Shown: positions 9,404 through 19,260 of the stretch, piece after piece
Layout of the letters: every line of letters starts with the position of its first letter
How positions within the stretch are numbered: position 1 is the stretch's first letter
Assembly (NCBI GenBank): GCA_963796275.1
Contig: CAWCKY010000006.1
Coordinates: 512,001-576,000, forward strand
Length of the DNA: 64,000 bases
From: an uncultured Acidobacteriota bacterium
GTDB lineage: Bacteria; Acidobacteriota; Blastocatellia; RBC074
Direction of reading: 5' to 3'
The notes under the pieces: generated by a model
Databases searched by the model: none
What the model saw: the letters and a program-made list of their open reading frames with translations, nothing else
What the model was told of the DNA's origin: nothing
Made by a program: the position numbers and the translations under genes

Positions 9404-12400
9404 ATGAAAATGTTATCAAGCATAATCCCTGCAGCTCTGTTGTTATGCTTGACATTGCTCACGACTATGGGCAATGCCCAAACTTCGACCACGGGATCGA
9501 TTGAAGGCACGGTGGCCGACGTCGCCGGTGCCGTCGTACCGGGAGCGACCGTCAAGGCGGTGAGTCCCAACTTGATTCAGGCCCGGTCCGCTGTCAGCGA
9601 TAGCCAGGGACGATACCGGTTCGCGAATCTTCCGCCAGGCAAATACACATTGACGGTCGAGGCTGTGAGCGGTTTTGCCAAGTTCGAGCAGGCAAACGTG
9701 GACGTTTTCCTGTCGAAGACGACCGGATTTGAGATCAAGTTACAAGCTCCGGGAACCTCCGCTACCGTTGAAGTCGTGGCAAGCGCGACTCCCGCCATTG
9801 ATTTGAGCAATAACACGACGGGAACGAACGTCACGAGCCAGCAGTTCACCAACTTACCGGTACAGCGCACGGTGCAGTCGCTCTATACGATCGCGCCGAC
9901 GGTTTCGCGTTCGGGCCTGCGCGATCCTTCGGGACGCGACCGCGACCCGTCGGTCGGCGGCTCGTCCGGTCCGGAAAATAACTATATCCTCGACGGCATC
10001 AACACGACCGACCCGGCCTTCGGCGGCTCAGGTGCGAACCTGCCATTCGAGTTCGTCCAGGAGGTGGAGGTCAAGACGGGCGCCGTTGGAGCTGAGTACG
10101 GCAATACGACCGGCGGCATCTTCAACGTCATCACCAAAAGCGGCACCAATTCGTATCACGGAGACGCTTTCTTCTATGGTAATCCGTCGAGCTTCGTACG
10201 GGAGACCAAATTCTTCTCCTCTACCGGCGCGGCACAGAACGGGTTTTCGGATCTCGATGGAGGCTTCGACCTGGGCGGGCCGATCAAGAAAGACAAGCTC
10301 TGGTTTTTCGGCGCCTTCAACCCGCAGCGCCGCGAGAACAACTACCTGACACAGACCCTTCGCCAGGATGTTAGCAACACGATCAACTCGCAGTTCTACG
10401 CCGGCAAAATTACATACGGGGTCAATCAGAATCACACGGTGACCTTCTCGACCTTCGGCGACTTCGCGAACATGAAAGGGTTTTTGCAGACCGGCACTCC
10501 GGCCGACAGATTCGACAGAAACGGCTTCGGCGCGGACCCGAACAGCTTTAGAGGCGAGCGCCAGACCGGAGGTCACAACTACTCGGTTCGCATGAATTCG
10601 ACCTTCTCTGCCAACTTCATCGGCGAGTTCGCGTTCGGGCTGCACTACGGACGCGTCAATACGATCCCCGACCAGGGCGTGGCGGGAGTCGCACAGGTAA
10701 CCGATTCCTTTGCAGTTTTGCAATCGGACGGCACGGTCGCGCCCGTCACGACGACCGATATCGCCTTCGCGGGCGGTCCGGACGACCCGACCACAGATGA
10801 CGTTGACGAGTTCAGAGCCAATCGGGGATTACGTCTGGGTTATGTCGACGCCGACGGTTTGTTGCAGCGCAATTATATCCGCCAGGGATTCGGGCTATTC
10901 GGTCCCCAGGACCGCAACCGTTGGGAGCTCTCGGCCAAGTTTCAAAACAACTTCGGCCGTCACACCTTTAAGTATGGGTTTGCATATAGCCGCAACATCT
11001 ACAACATCACCTCAACCTCGACCGGGCCCGCACAATCGTTCGGCAACCCGGATGGCCTGCGACTTGTCGGCGGCCCGGATAACCTGGATATAACGGGCTC
11101 GCGGGTTACCAATAGCTTCGGCGTGTGCACTACTGGTGGTGGTCAAATCATCTGTCCGAACGATACCCTCACTGCGTATGCAACAGCGATTGCCGCGCGT
11201 GCCGGTTATGCCGGAGCGATGACCGGAGTAGTCTCGACCGATGATTTCATCAATAACCCATTCCTGTTGCTGACCAGCGTGCGTGTTCGCGACTTCAAGA
11301 ACATCGCGGACACACATACCAATGTCCAGAGCTTCTACCTGCAGGATGAGTTTAAGGTGACGCGCAATATCCAGCTGACCGGCGGGTTGCGCTTCGACTA
11401 CCAGCAGGGCATCGGGAATGGCGGCGTGGAGTATATCAAGCTCAACCAGACCTTCCAGAACATGCAACCGCGTCTCGGTCTGAGCTGGGACTTCACCGGC
11501 AGCGGCCGCGGTAAATTCTTTGTCAATTATGCCAAGTTCCTTGAGACTCCGATTCCGCTCGATTTGAACGTCCGCGCGGGCAGCGTTGACAGCCAAACGG
11601 ACAAAAACTTCAATGTTAATCAGTTAGGTGCTCCGGACGGATCGAATATTGTGCCGGGCATCCGTAGAATTGGGTTCGTCGTAGATGCAAATGGAGACAA
11701 CATACTAGATGCAAATGGAAACCCCATCCCGCTACCAAATAATCTGTCAACCGGAGCGGTCAATCTTGGCGCCTCGCCGACGCCGATCGATCCCGGTCTG
11801 CGTCCGCAGACAGTCCACGAAGCGACGATGGGTTTCAATTACGAGATCGCTCGCAACATGACGCTTGGGCTCCGTGGCATCTACCGGGCGCAGGGAAATG
11901 TGATCGAGGACGGTTCGTTTGACGATGGCGACAACTACTTTCTCTTCAATCCGGGCCGCAGATATGCAGGGTCTACCGAGGAGTTGGCTTGCAGCGATCC
12001 GACGATCGGATGCTTCGGTCGCGCTCGCCGTTACTACCGCGGGCTCGAGGTCACGGCCACGCGGCGCTTCGCCAACAACTGGCAGCTCTTTGCCTCTTAT
12101 GTCTGGTCCAGCCTGATCGGCAACTACGAAGGGCTGTTCCGTAACGACAACGGGCAATCCGACCCAAACATCACATCGTTGTTCGATCTGGTCAGCCTGC
12201 TGAATAACACCTATGGGCGGTTGCCGAACGATCGTCCGCACCAGTTCAAGTTTGACGGCACCTATCGCTGGCCTTTCAAACTTACGACCAGCGTTTCGTT
12301 CCGCGCCCAGTCGGGCATTCCGTTCGATGCGCTGATTCCGCATCCGGTCTACGGCGATGACGAAGGATTTGATGTGCAGCGCGGTACGGCGATCAACCCG

Positions 12401-12667
12401 CTGACCAGCAGTAGCAGCACGCCGAAGACCTATAATGTGGATCTCGGCCTTGCCTATCCGTTCGCGGTCGGCGAGGGCAAGGAGTTCCGCATCCAGTTCG
12501 ACTGGTTCAACCTCACCAATCCGCAGCGTTCGGTCCGTCAGGATATTTCAAAAGAGATCGGCAGCGGAGTGGATGGCGTGCCGAATATTGCCAACCCGAA
12601 CTTCGGTGAGGGCATAATCTTCCAGCCGCCGTCTGCGCTTCGCGTGGGGCTCAAGTTCTCGTTCTAG
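9404..12667 (+). CDS. TonB-dependent receptor-like protein (Oar-type)
   Basis: 1087 aa; signal peptide, GTVADVAGAVVPGATV, EVEVKTGAVGAEYGNTTGGIFNVITKSGTN, FYLQDEFKV, C-terminal GLKFSF. Confidence 0.93.
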   Translation: MKMLSSIIPAALLLCLTLLTTMGNAQTSTTGSIEGTVADVAGAVVPGATVKAVSPNLIQARSAVSDSQGRYRFANLPPGKYTLTVEAVSGFAKFEQANVDVFLSKTTGFEIKLQAPGTSATVEVVASATPAIDLSNNTTGTNVTSQQFTNLPVQRTVQSLYTIAPTVSRSGLRDPSGRDRDPSVGGSSGPENNYILDGINTTDPAFGGSGANLPFEFVQEVEVKTGAVGAEYGNTTGGIFNVITKSGTNSYHGDAFFYGNPSSFVRETKFFSSTGAAQNGFSDLDGGFDLGGPIKKDKLWFFGAFNPQRRENNYLTQTLRQDVSNTINSQFYAGKITYGVNQNHTVTFSTFGDFANMKGFLQTGTPADRFDRNGFGADPNSFRGERQTGGHNYSVRMNSTFSANFIGEFAFGLHYGRVNTIPDQGVAGVAQVTDSFAVLQSDGTVAPVTTTDIAFAGGPDDPTTDDVDEFRANRGLRLGYVDADGLLQRNYIRQGFGLFGPQDRNRWELSAKFQNNFGRHTFKYGFAYSRNIYNITSTSTGPAQSFGNPDGLRLVGGPDNLDITGSRVTNSFGVCTTGGGQIICPNDTLTAYATAIAARAGYAGAMTGVVSTDDFINNPFLLLTSVRVRDFKNIADTHTNVQSFYLQDEFKVTRNIQLTGGLRFDYQQGIGNGGVEYIKLNQTFQNMQPRLGLSWDFTGSGRGKFFVNYAKFLETPIPLDLNVRAGSVDSQTDKNFNVNQLGAPDGSNIVPGIRRIGFVVDANGDNILDANGNPIPLPNNLSTGAVNLGASPTPIDPGLRPQTVHEATMGFNYEIARNMTLGLRGIYRAQGNVIEDGSFDDGDNYFLFNPGRRYAGSTEELACSDPTIGCFGRARRYYRGLEVTATRRFANNWQLFASYVWSSLIGNYEGLFRNDNGQSDPNITSLFDLVSLLNNTYGRLPNDRPHQFKFDGTYRWPFKLTTSVSFRAQSGIPFDALIPHPVYGDDEGFDVQRGTAINPLTSSSSTPKTYNVDLGLAYPFAVGEGKEFRIQFDWFNLTNPQRSVRQDISKEIGSGVDGVPNIANPNFGEGIIFQPPSALRVGLKFSF

Positions 12668-12719
12668 GACGACCAGTTCAAAAATACCACCCAATTTGAT
12701 GGGTGGAAGTTTCATCCGC

Positions 12720-12761
12720 AGGGAGAAGCGCTGGAGATGGCGCTTCTCCCTCTTTTTTTTT
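12720..12761 (+). terminator. intrinsic terminator
   Basis: AGGGAGAAGCGC...GCGCTTCTCCCT stem followed by a T tract. Confidence 0.8.
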
Positions 12762-12810
12762 ATCATCTTAGTTGTCACTCCACCGGAACCATCTAACGGG
12801 AGGTATATCT

Positions 12811-13857
12811 ATGTTGCTTCTTTCTGGCTCTGTCGCTGCTCGCACTCGACGCCCGGACCTGCTGAAAGCGCTGCTGTTCCTGCTCTTGATCACTCCCATC
12901 TCGGCCCGCGCTCAAAGCGGCGGCAGATTCGACTCGGTCGGGACCGGCGGGGCTCATACCATTCAGGGCCACATATACCTGCCCACCAGATATCAGACGG
13001 GCATGACGATTATCGTTAAACTAGATAGCACAAATGCCCCCAGCCTATCGGTCGTCGCCGACCAGAACGGGACGTTCACTTTCGGAAGTCTGGAGCCAGG
13101 CTCTTATGACGTGACCGTCGATGCCGGCAATGATTTCGAGATTTTTTCCGAGAAGATCACTATTGACCGGGAGCTGAGAGACGGCGGTCCGCGCACCATC
13201 AAGGTTCCGGTCTATCTGCGGCTGAAGACCAGGGTGTCGACTGTTGCCGCTGAGAAGACGGTCGATGCATTGCTTGCGAGCGTGCCGAAACCGGCCCTCA
13301 AACGCTATAACAAAGCGAAGGAACTGGCACAGGCCGGCGACAACCGGGCGGCCATCGAGGAGTTGAAAGGCGCAATCTCTCTCCACGCAGAGTTCGCCTA
13401 TGCTTATAACGAACTGGGTGTTCAGTATATGAAGCTCGGTCAGCTCGATCAGGCGATCGAAGCGCTGCGCCAGGCGGTGAAACTTGCGCCGGCGGCCTTC
13501 AGCCCGCGCCTCAACCACGGTATTGCACTGCTTAACAAGAAAGAGTTCTCCCGGGCCGAAGAGGAATTGCGGCTGGCATTGAAGAAGGACGCTTCGGCGC
13601 CGACCGCCCATCTCTATCTGGGCATCGCGCTGATCAGCCTGCGAAATCATGACGATGCTGAAAAGGAGTTGCAACTCGCTGTTAGCCAGGGCGGCGACGA
13701 GATGAGTTTGGCCCATTACTACCTGGGCGGCATTTACTGGGGCAGGCGCGAATATAAACGAGCGGCCGATGAGTTAGAGACCTACCTGCAGCTGGCCCCT
13801 CAGGCCCCCGATGCTGAGCGGGTCCGAAAGACAATTCAGGAGCTTCGCAGTAAGTAA
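12811..13857 (+). CDS. exported carboxypeptidase-regulatory-like domain + TPR protein
   Basis: ATG 12811 after GGGAGG; hydrophobic signal, ADQNGTFTFGSLEPGSYDVTV beta-sandwich, several TPRs (AYNELGVQY, AHLYLGIAL, AHYYLGGIY). Confidence 0.85.
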   Translation: MLLLSGSVAARTRRPDLLKALLFLLLITPISARAQSGGRFDSVGTGGAHTIQGHIYLPTRYQTGMTIIVKLDSTNAPSLSVVADQNGTFTFGSLEPGSYDVTVDAGNDFEIFSEKITIDRELRDGGPRTIKVPVYLRLKTRVSTVAAEKTVDALLASVPKPALKRYNKAKELAQAGDNRAAIEELKGAISLHAEFAYAYNELGVQYMKLGQLDQAIEALRQAVKLAPAAFSPRLNHGIALLNKKEFSRAEEELRLALKKDASAPTAHLYLGIALISLRNHDDAEKELQLAVSQGGDEMSLAHYYLGGIYWGRREYKRAADELETYLQLAPQAPDAERVRKTIQELRSK

Positions 13858-14182
13858 GGAGCCGATTGATATCCGATAATTCGGTCCGAGCGAATGTCAG
13901 CCCAGAACGACGGCCACAGCGCAGACGAGTTTCATGTCCCGCCCTTTATATCGTTCTGCGATTTCCACCACAAAATAACGCTGACACACAGAGTAATCAG
14001 CCACATTTGTTAAGTCCTCCTGATCAGAAAATATACCTGATCAGAAAAACTAATAGGATTGTTGAAGTTGCAGCTCGCTATGATCTTCCAGAGGTAATTA
14101 AAATTTGTACGAGAATTTGAACAGGTTTCCATATTTTCGGAATTATTTAATTGCTTAACGAGGTAGACCATTCTTAAGTCCA

Positions 14183-14195
14183 TAAATTATTGATT
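14183..14195 (-). promoter_or_regulatory. putative IHF binding site
   Basis: AATCAATAATTTA matches WATCAA-N4-TTR exactly, about 40 bp upstream of the sigma54 motif at 14232. Confidence 0.5.
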
Positions 14196-14231
14196 ATAGG
14201 TATTATTTTTTGTATTAGATGAAGAATTAGA

Positions 14232-14248
14232 CTGGAATGTGGATTGCA
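14232..14248 (+). promoter_or_regulatory. putative sigma54 promoter
   Basis: CTGGAATGTGGATTGCA (GG-N10-GC), about 210 bp upstream of ATG 14457. Confidence 0.7.
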
Positions 14249-14456
14249 TTCAAAAATATTGAAGATTTTTGCCCCTTCTCGAGGCCAATGGCTGAACAAT
14301 CATACATTCGCAGGATAGCTCACCACATCCATTGTCACAATCTGTGGTTTGGTCCCTTAACGAAACGTAAAGATTGCTCGTACCTGGGAGGCCAGGAATC
14401 TGTGCGGACAAGAGAACTCTAAATTGTGTGAACTTAAGTAAATGATAGGAGAACTT

Positions 14457-17400
14457 ATGAGTAGGATTAAGGCACTTGGAAGACACGCTACGTTAACGCT
14501 TAGCGCTCTTCTGCTCACTTTGTTACTTGCTTTTACAGCATTTAGCCAGGAGACTACTGGAGGCATCGAAGGTACTGTCTCGGATGCCTCTGGCTCGCGC
14601 ATCCCTGGCGCTACCATAAAAATCGAAGGTGCTGCATTCACAAGAATTGTTACCAGTGGTAAAGATGGATTTTATCGTGTGGTTCAGGTGCCACCCGGAG
14701 TATATAAGGTCTCGGTGACTGCTGCTAATTTCAATCCCGCAATGGCTGAATCAGTAACAGTGGCTCTTGGGATCTCGACTCCGGTTGAATTCTCACTGAA
14801 AGTTGGACAGGTTGAAGAGCAGGTCATAATTACCAGTGACCAGGTTGCACCCGTCGATACCACAGCAAGTAAAATTCAAACCAACATCACATCTCAGCAG
14901 ATCGATCAACTGCCGAAGGGGACGAATTTCAGCAGTGTTCTGCGCGTTGCCCCTGCAGTTCGATCGGAACCGCTCGGTGCCGGATTTCAAGTGGATGGTT
15001 CCAGCGGGGCAGAGAACACTTTCATCATTGATGGTCAAGAGGTTACTAACTTCCGCACCGGGCAGTTAAATACCAACAACAATATCCCGTTTGAATTTGT
15101 GCAAGAGATCCAGGTCAAGAGTAACGGGTTCGAGGCTGAATACGGCGGGGCAACCGGTGGTGTGATCAACTTGGTGACCAAGCGCGGCAGCAACGAGTAC
15201 CACGGCAGTGCAGGAATGCAGTTCGAGTTCGACTCTCTATTCTCGAGAGGGCTGAGGGGGAATACTGTTGGCGAGACAAGCGATGCTGCATCAATATTCG
15301 GCAGGCCCACTATGCTGGCCGCGAACCCGTCAGTTTTCACACCTATCAACGCTCCCGGTGACGGTTTCAACAATTATTTTCCAAGCGCCACTCTGGGTGG
15401 TCCAATTGTCAAGAATAGGCTTTGGTTCTTGGGGAGTTTCTCTCCGCAGTTATTCAACGCCGAAAGAACACTTACCTACACAAACGGTGTAAGCGAGACG
15501 TTCAGTTCCAAAGTTAGGCGTGACTATGGTTTCTTTCGCCTTGATGGCGAGGTCTCGAACAAGATCAACCTGTTTGCCAATTATACATACAACACGATTC
15601 GCGTGCGCGGGGTGTTGCCCGACGCCTCGACTCTGGCACAATCTCAGTTCGTCACACCTCAGTCGTTAGGTGAGCAGGGTGGGCGCGTGCCTGCGGCGAA
15701 CATCAATTTCGGTGGTGTCATAACGCCGACTCCGTGGTTAGTCCTCAACTCTCGTTTCGGACGCAGTTATCTGAACGAGAAGATCAGCAGTTATGGCATT
15801 CCCCGCCAGGTTCGGTTCAATTGCGGCACGGGAAACACGGGGCTGGCTAACCTTACTCCGGCTGGAAGCTGTGCGGGCGGATTCAATTCAATTCCGACTA
15901 ACTCCCAGACAGACATGGATATCTCGACACGCAGGACATGGGATATCGATGCCAGCATTCTGACCAACAACCTCGCAGGTCGCCATCAATTCAAAGTCGG
16001 CTATCAGTTGAACGACATCAACAATAATGTTAGGGCAGGCTTCTTTGACACTGGCCTCATTGTCCTTCGATTCGGCGAGGCTTTTGTCGATGGTCTGGGC
16101 GATGCAGATGGCCAGGTCGGTTATGGTTATCTCCAGCGTTTCGAGACGAGTGGCCAGGCTGGCAGCAGAAACCAGGGAATATATTTCCAGGATAGCTGGC
16201 AACCGATCAACCGGTTGACGCTCAATCTCGGATTTCGTCTGGAGCGAGAGAATGTCCCGACGTTCGCCTCCAATGCGCCGGGCATCGAGTTCGGATGGGG
16301 GAAGAAGCCTGCTCCACGTCTCGGCGGCGCATTTGACCTGCTCGGCAACGGTAAGGTCAAGTTATTTGCGAGTTACGGTTGGTTTTATGACCGCTTTAAG
16401 TATGAGTTGCCGCGCGGCTCGTTCGGTGGCGACAAATTCCTGCGCGACTACTTCCCGATTCTGGCGGCGGATCCGAACTATACAACCTATACGAGAGATT
16501 ATGCTCTGGCAAACAGCGAGCTCCAGATCGATTTCAGGGTTCCGTCAAACGATCCAAGCGACAACCGGATCGATCCGGACCTTAATGCGGCGCGCCAGAG
16601 CGAGTTCACCACCGGTGCAGAGTGGGAGTTCTTCCGCAATATGGTCATGGGAGCGCGATTCACGCATAAGCAAGTTGACCGTACAATTGAAGATGTTGGT
16701 ATATTCGACGCAGGCGGTAATGAACTCTATTTCATTGCCAATCCCGGCTTTGGTGTTGTGAGTCAGCCTCTGCTTCCCGGTGTGCCTGCCACGCCAAGAG
16801 CCAAGCGCACCTATGACGCACTTGAGTTCCGCGTCGACAGGCGCTTTTCGAATAACTATCGCTTCACAGGGAGCTACACCTATAGCCGTCTATATGGGAA
16901 CTACTCGGGTCTCGCGAGTTCGGACGAGCGTGGCCGTTCCTCACCGAACGTCAATCGGTTCTTTGACCTGCCGTTCCTCGGATTCGATTTCCTTGGCAAT
17001 CCGGACGATGGCCGCCTGGCGACAGATCGCCCGCACGTCTTAAGGTTCGATGGTTCCTACGATTTGAAGTGGAAATTCTCTGCTCTGAAAAATCATGCTA
17101 CGCAGTTCAGCACGTTCTTAACTGCGCAGAGCGGTACACCGCTCTCAACCCGCTTATCTTTCTACAGCGCTGACACGTTCCTCAATGGTCGTGGAGACCT
17201 GGGGAGGACCAGTGCGTTTACGCAAACAGATTTTGCTGTTTCGCATAAGATCAGATTTGGCAGCAGCGAGCGCTATGAACTCGGGTTCGATTTCAACGTG
17301 CTCAACCTGTTCAATCAGAATTCGGTTACTGAGCTCTTTTCAAACATCGCTCCCGCTAACACCACTGCGGCCATTTTCGGCCTCCCCGATGAGGCCACTG

Positions 17401-17549
17401 CGATTCAGGCCGTCTTCAACGGCGGCTTGAGGGACCAATATATGGCCTTGATCAATGCCGGCACAATCGCACGTGATGCTCGCTATGGAGCTTCACGGAG
17501 TTTCCAGGCGGGTCGTGAGATGCGTTGGGGCTTCCGCTTCATCTTCTAG
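14457..17549 (+). CDS. TonB-dependent receptor-like protein (Oar-type)
   Basis: ORF 14442-17549; likely start 14457 after AGGAG. GTVSDASGSRIPGATI, EIQVKSNGFEAEYGGATGGVINLVTKRGSN, YFQDSWQP, C-terminal GFRFIF. Confidence 0.93.
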   Translation: MSRIKALGRHATLTLSALLLTLLLAFTAFSQETTGGIEGTVSDASGSRIPGATIKIEGAAFTRIVTSGKDGFYRVVQVPPGVYKVSVTAANFNPAMAESVTVALGISTPVEFSLKVGQVEEQVIITSDQVAPVDTTASKIQTNITSQQIDQLPKGTNFSSVLRVAPAVRSEPLGAGFQVDGSSGAENTFIIDGQEVTNFRTGQLNTNNNIPFEFVQEIQVKSNGFEAEYGGATGGVINLVTKRGSNEYHGSAGMQFEFDSLFSRGLRGNTVGETSDAASIFGRPTMLAANPSVFTPINAPGDGFNNYFPSATLGGPIVKNRLWFLGSFSPQLFNAERTLTYTNGVSETFSSKVRRDYGFFRLDGEVSNKINLFANYTYNTIRVRGVLPDASTLAQSQFVTPQSLGEQGGRVPAANINFGGVITPTPWLVLNSRFGRSYLNEKISSYGIPRQVRFNCGTGNTGLANLTPAGSCAGGFNSIPTNSQTDMDISTRRTWDIDASILTNNLAGRHQFKVGYQLNDINNNVRAGFFDTGLIVLRFGEAFVDGLGDADGQVGYGYLQRFETSGQAGSRNQGIYFQDSWQPINRLTLNLGFRLERENVPTFASNAPGIEFGWGKKPAPRLGGAFDLLGNGKVKLFASYGWFYDRFKYELPRGSFGGDKFLRDYFPILAADPNYTTYTRDYALANSELQIDFRVPSNDPSDNRIDPDLNAARQSEFTTGAEWEFFRNMVMGARFTHKQVDRTIEDVGIFDAGGNELYFIANPGFGVVSQPLLPGVPATPRAKRTYDALEFRVDRRFSNNYRFTGSYTYSRLYGNYSGLASSDERGRSSPNVNRFFDLPFLGFDFLGNPDDGRLATDRPHVLRFDGSYDLKWKFSALKNHATQFSTFLTAQSGTPLSTRLSFYSADTFLNGRGDLGRTSAFTQTDFAVSHKIRFGSSERYELGFDFNVLNLFNQNSVTELFSNIAPANTTAAIFGLPDEATAIQAVFNGGLRDQYMALINAGTIARDARYGASRSFQAGREMRWGFRFIF

Positions 17550-17571
17550 GCGGAACTGATAAGTCAAATTA

Positions 17572-17609
17572 CAAGGCCCGCCCGAGTTTCTCGGGCGGGC
17601 CTTTATTTT
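17572..17609. terminator. bidirectional terminator between convergent genes
   Basis: AAGGCCCGCCCGAG/CTCGGGCGGGCCTT perfect stem with T-rich flank. Confidence 0.8.
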
Positions 17610-17643
17610 ACCCTGGCGAACGGCTTCTGTTTCGTTGACAGGT

Positions 17644-18715
17644 CTATCTCACTTTGGCTCGTAACTGCCTGATGATGTTTTTGATCGATTCCGCATCGCG
17701 TGCGTTGGGCGTCTCTTTGAGGAATGTCTCTAACTCATCGGCAGCTTCTTTATATCTTTTGCTATTACTGTAGATTCTGTGCGAGGTGCATATGCACGTC
17801 GGTTGGAATGCGCTTCGCGCCCTGTTCAAATGCGCGTTTGAACTCAGCTTCTGCCTCATCGATCTTCTCCGTTCTCACAAGCGCCAGACCGAGGTAGTAG
17901 TGTGTTGACGGCGAATTCGGAGAGTTAGGAGCGAGCGTGAGTGAACGCCGGAGGGAGTTGATTGCTTCGGTGTATTGTCTGAGTTTTACTTGTGCGACCC
18001 CGAGGGCGTAATGACTGAGCGCACCATTGGGGTTGACTTCTATCGCCTTGCTCAACGCTTCGCGCGCTGGATCGTACTGCTCTCTTTTTACATATTCGGC
18101 GCCCAGGCGCTCGAGAGCCAGGTAGTAGTTAGGGAAGAGGCTGATAGCCTCTTTCATCTGAGCGATTCCGGTTTCTTTATCTGGCTCTCTATCGAGAGTG
18201 CTGACCGCGCGCTCATAAGCCTGCTGTGCCTCTTCGGGAATGTTCTGGACGAATATCACTCCTGCGTTGGCAGGTGCAGAGGGCGATTTCGATTCCGAAA
18301 GGGTTTTAAGTACAAAGTTTACTTGTTCATTATGGCCCCCTGAACCACCTGCATAGTACAGTTGGACTCGCACTGACTGTGCAACGTACTCCCCGATAGA
18401 CACGATCTTCACTACAAAATTACCTTGAGTCAGGTTGTTAAAGTTATACCGCCCTCCCGAATCGGTATAGGTTGTAGCGATTAACGTTTCGACTTCGTCG
18501 AGCAATTCCACACGGATACGGTTAACCGGCTGGCGGGACGTGTCGATAATAATTCCGTTGATTGTATTCCTTCCCTGCGCAACCGAACTGTGATACGTGG
18601 GGCTTTCTGCGCCTGATGCGTACATTTTATATACCGTAGAGAGTTCCGCTGGAGTTATTATCGCTATGAATACGAAGGTAAGATAGCTACTTAGAAGGAA
18701 TACTAATAACTTCAT
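17644..18715 (-). CDS. exported carboxypeptidase-regulatory-like domain + TPR protein, with a single +1 frameshift near 17775
   Basis: ORF 17765-18715 (TDSGGRYNFNNLTQGNF, TPRs) ends at HLAQ. Removing one base continues it as IYSNSKRYKEAADELETFLKETPNARDAESIKNIIRQLRAKVR, which matches the C-terminus of the 12811 protein. Confidence 0.8.
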
Positions 18716-19260
18716 AAAACAATCTCCGGTAGTTTTTTTGCAGTTCTAAAGATCTGTATCTTTCTCGCAACCACTGACAGCCGTTTTATAATTCACCGTA
18801 TTCGTTTGCCCCCAGACCTTCTGCAGCACGGAGCGCCGCTCGAATTCACCTCGCAAAAGGCGGTCGCCAAGTTCAAGGAGTTTGCACGAGGATTGAAATC
18901 CGAAGGTTTTATTTACATGAGTCATACTCGATTCTTCCATATTAGATTGACCGATAGTGGCGCGGCGATTTTAGCAACGATGGAGCGTTACCGCCACAGG
19001 ATATATAAAATGCCGGTACATACACTGGCGAAGGCATGAACAGGGCACAAAAGGAAACCTAGAAAGACTCTCTGCTTCCTCGCTCCAATCTTTTTGCGCC
19101 TTCTGTCCATCTTGCGCTTTTTAACGGTGAATGTTTCATGCCAATGCTCATTTCGGATTCCCTTGTTTCATCAGCCAACTTGTGGCAAAAGCTATTACAC
19201 GCATTTAAGATATAAACCACTGACAAACAAAATTAGGCACTCAGATCAGGAGCGAAGACC

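Noticed and set aside
18746-19039. Short ORFs in the TPR/oxidoreductase divergent region
   Set aside because: No SD or motif; probably non-coding promoter DNA.
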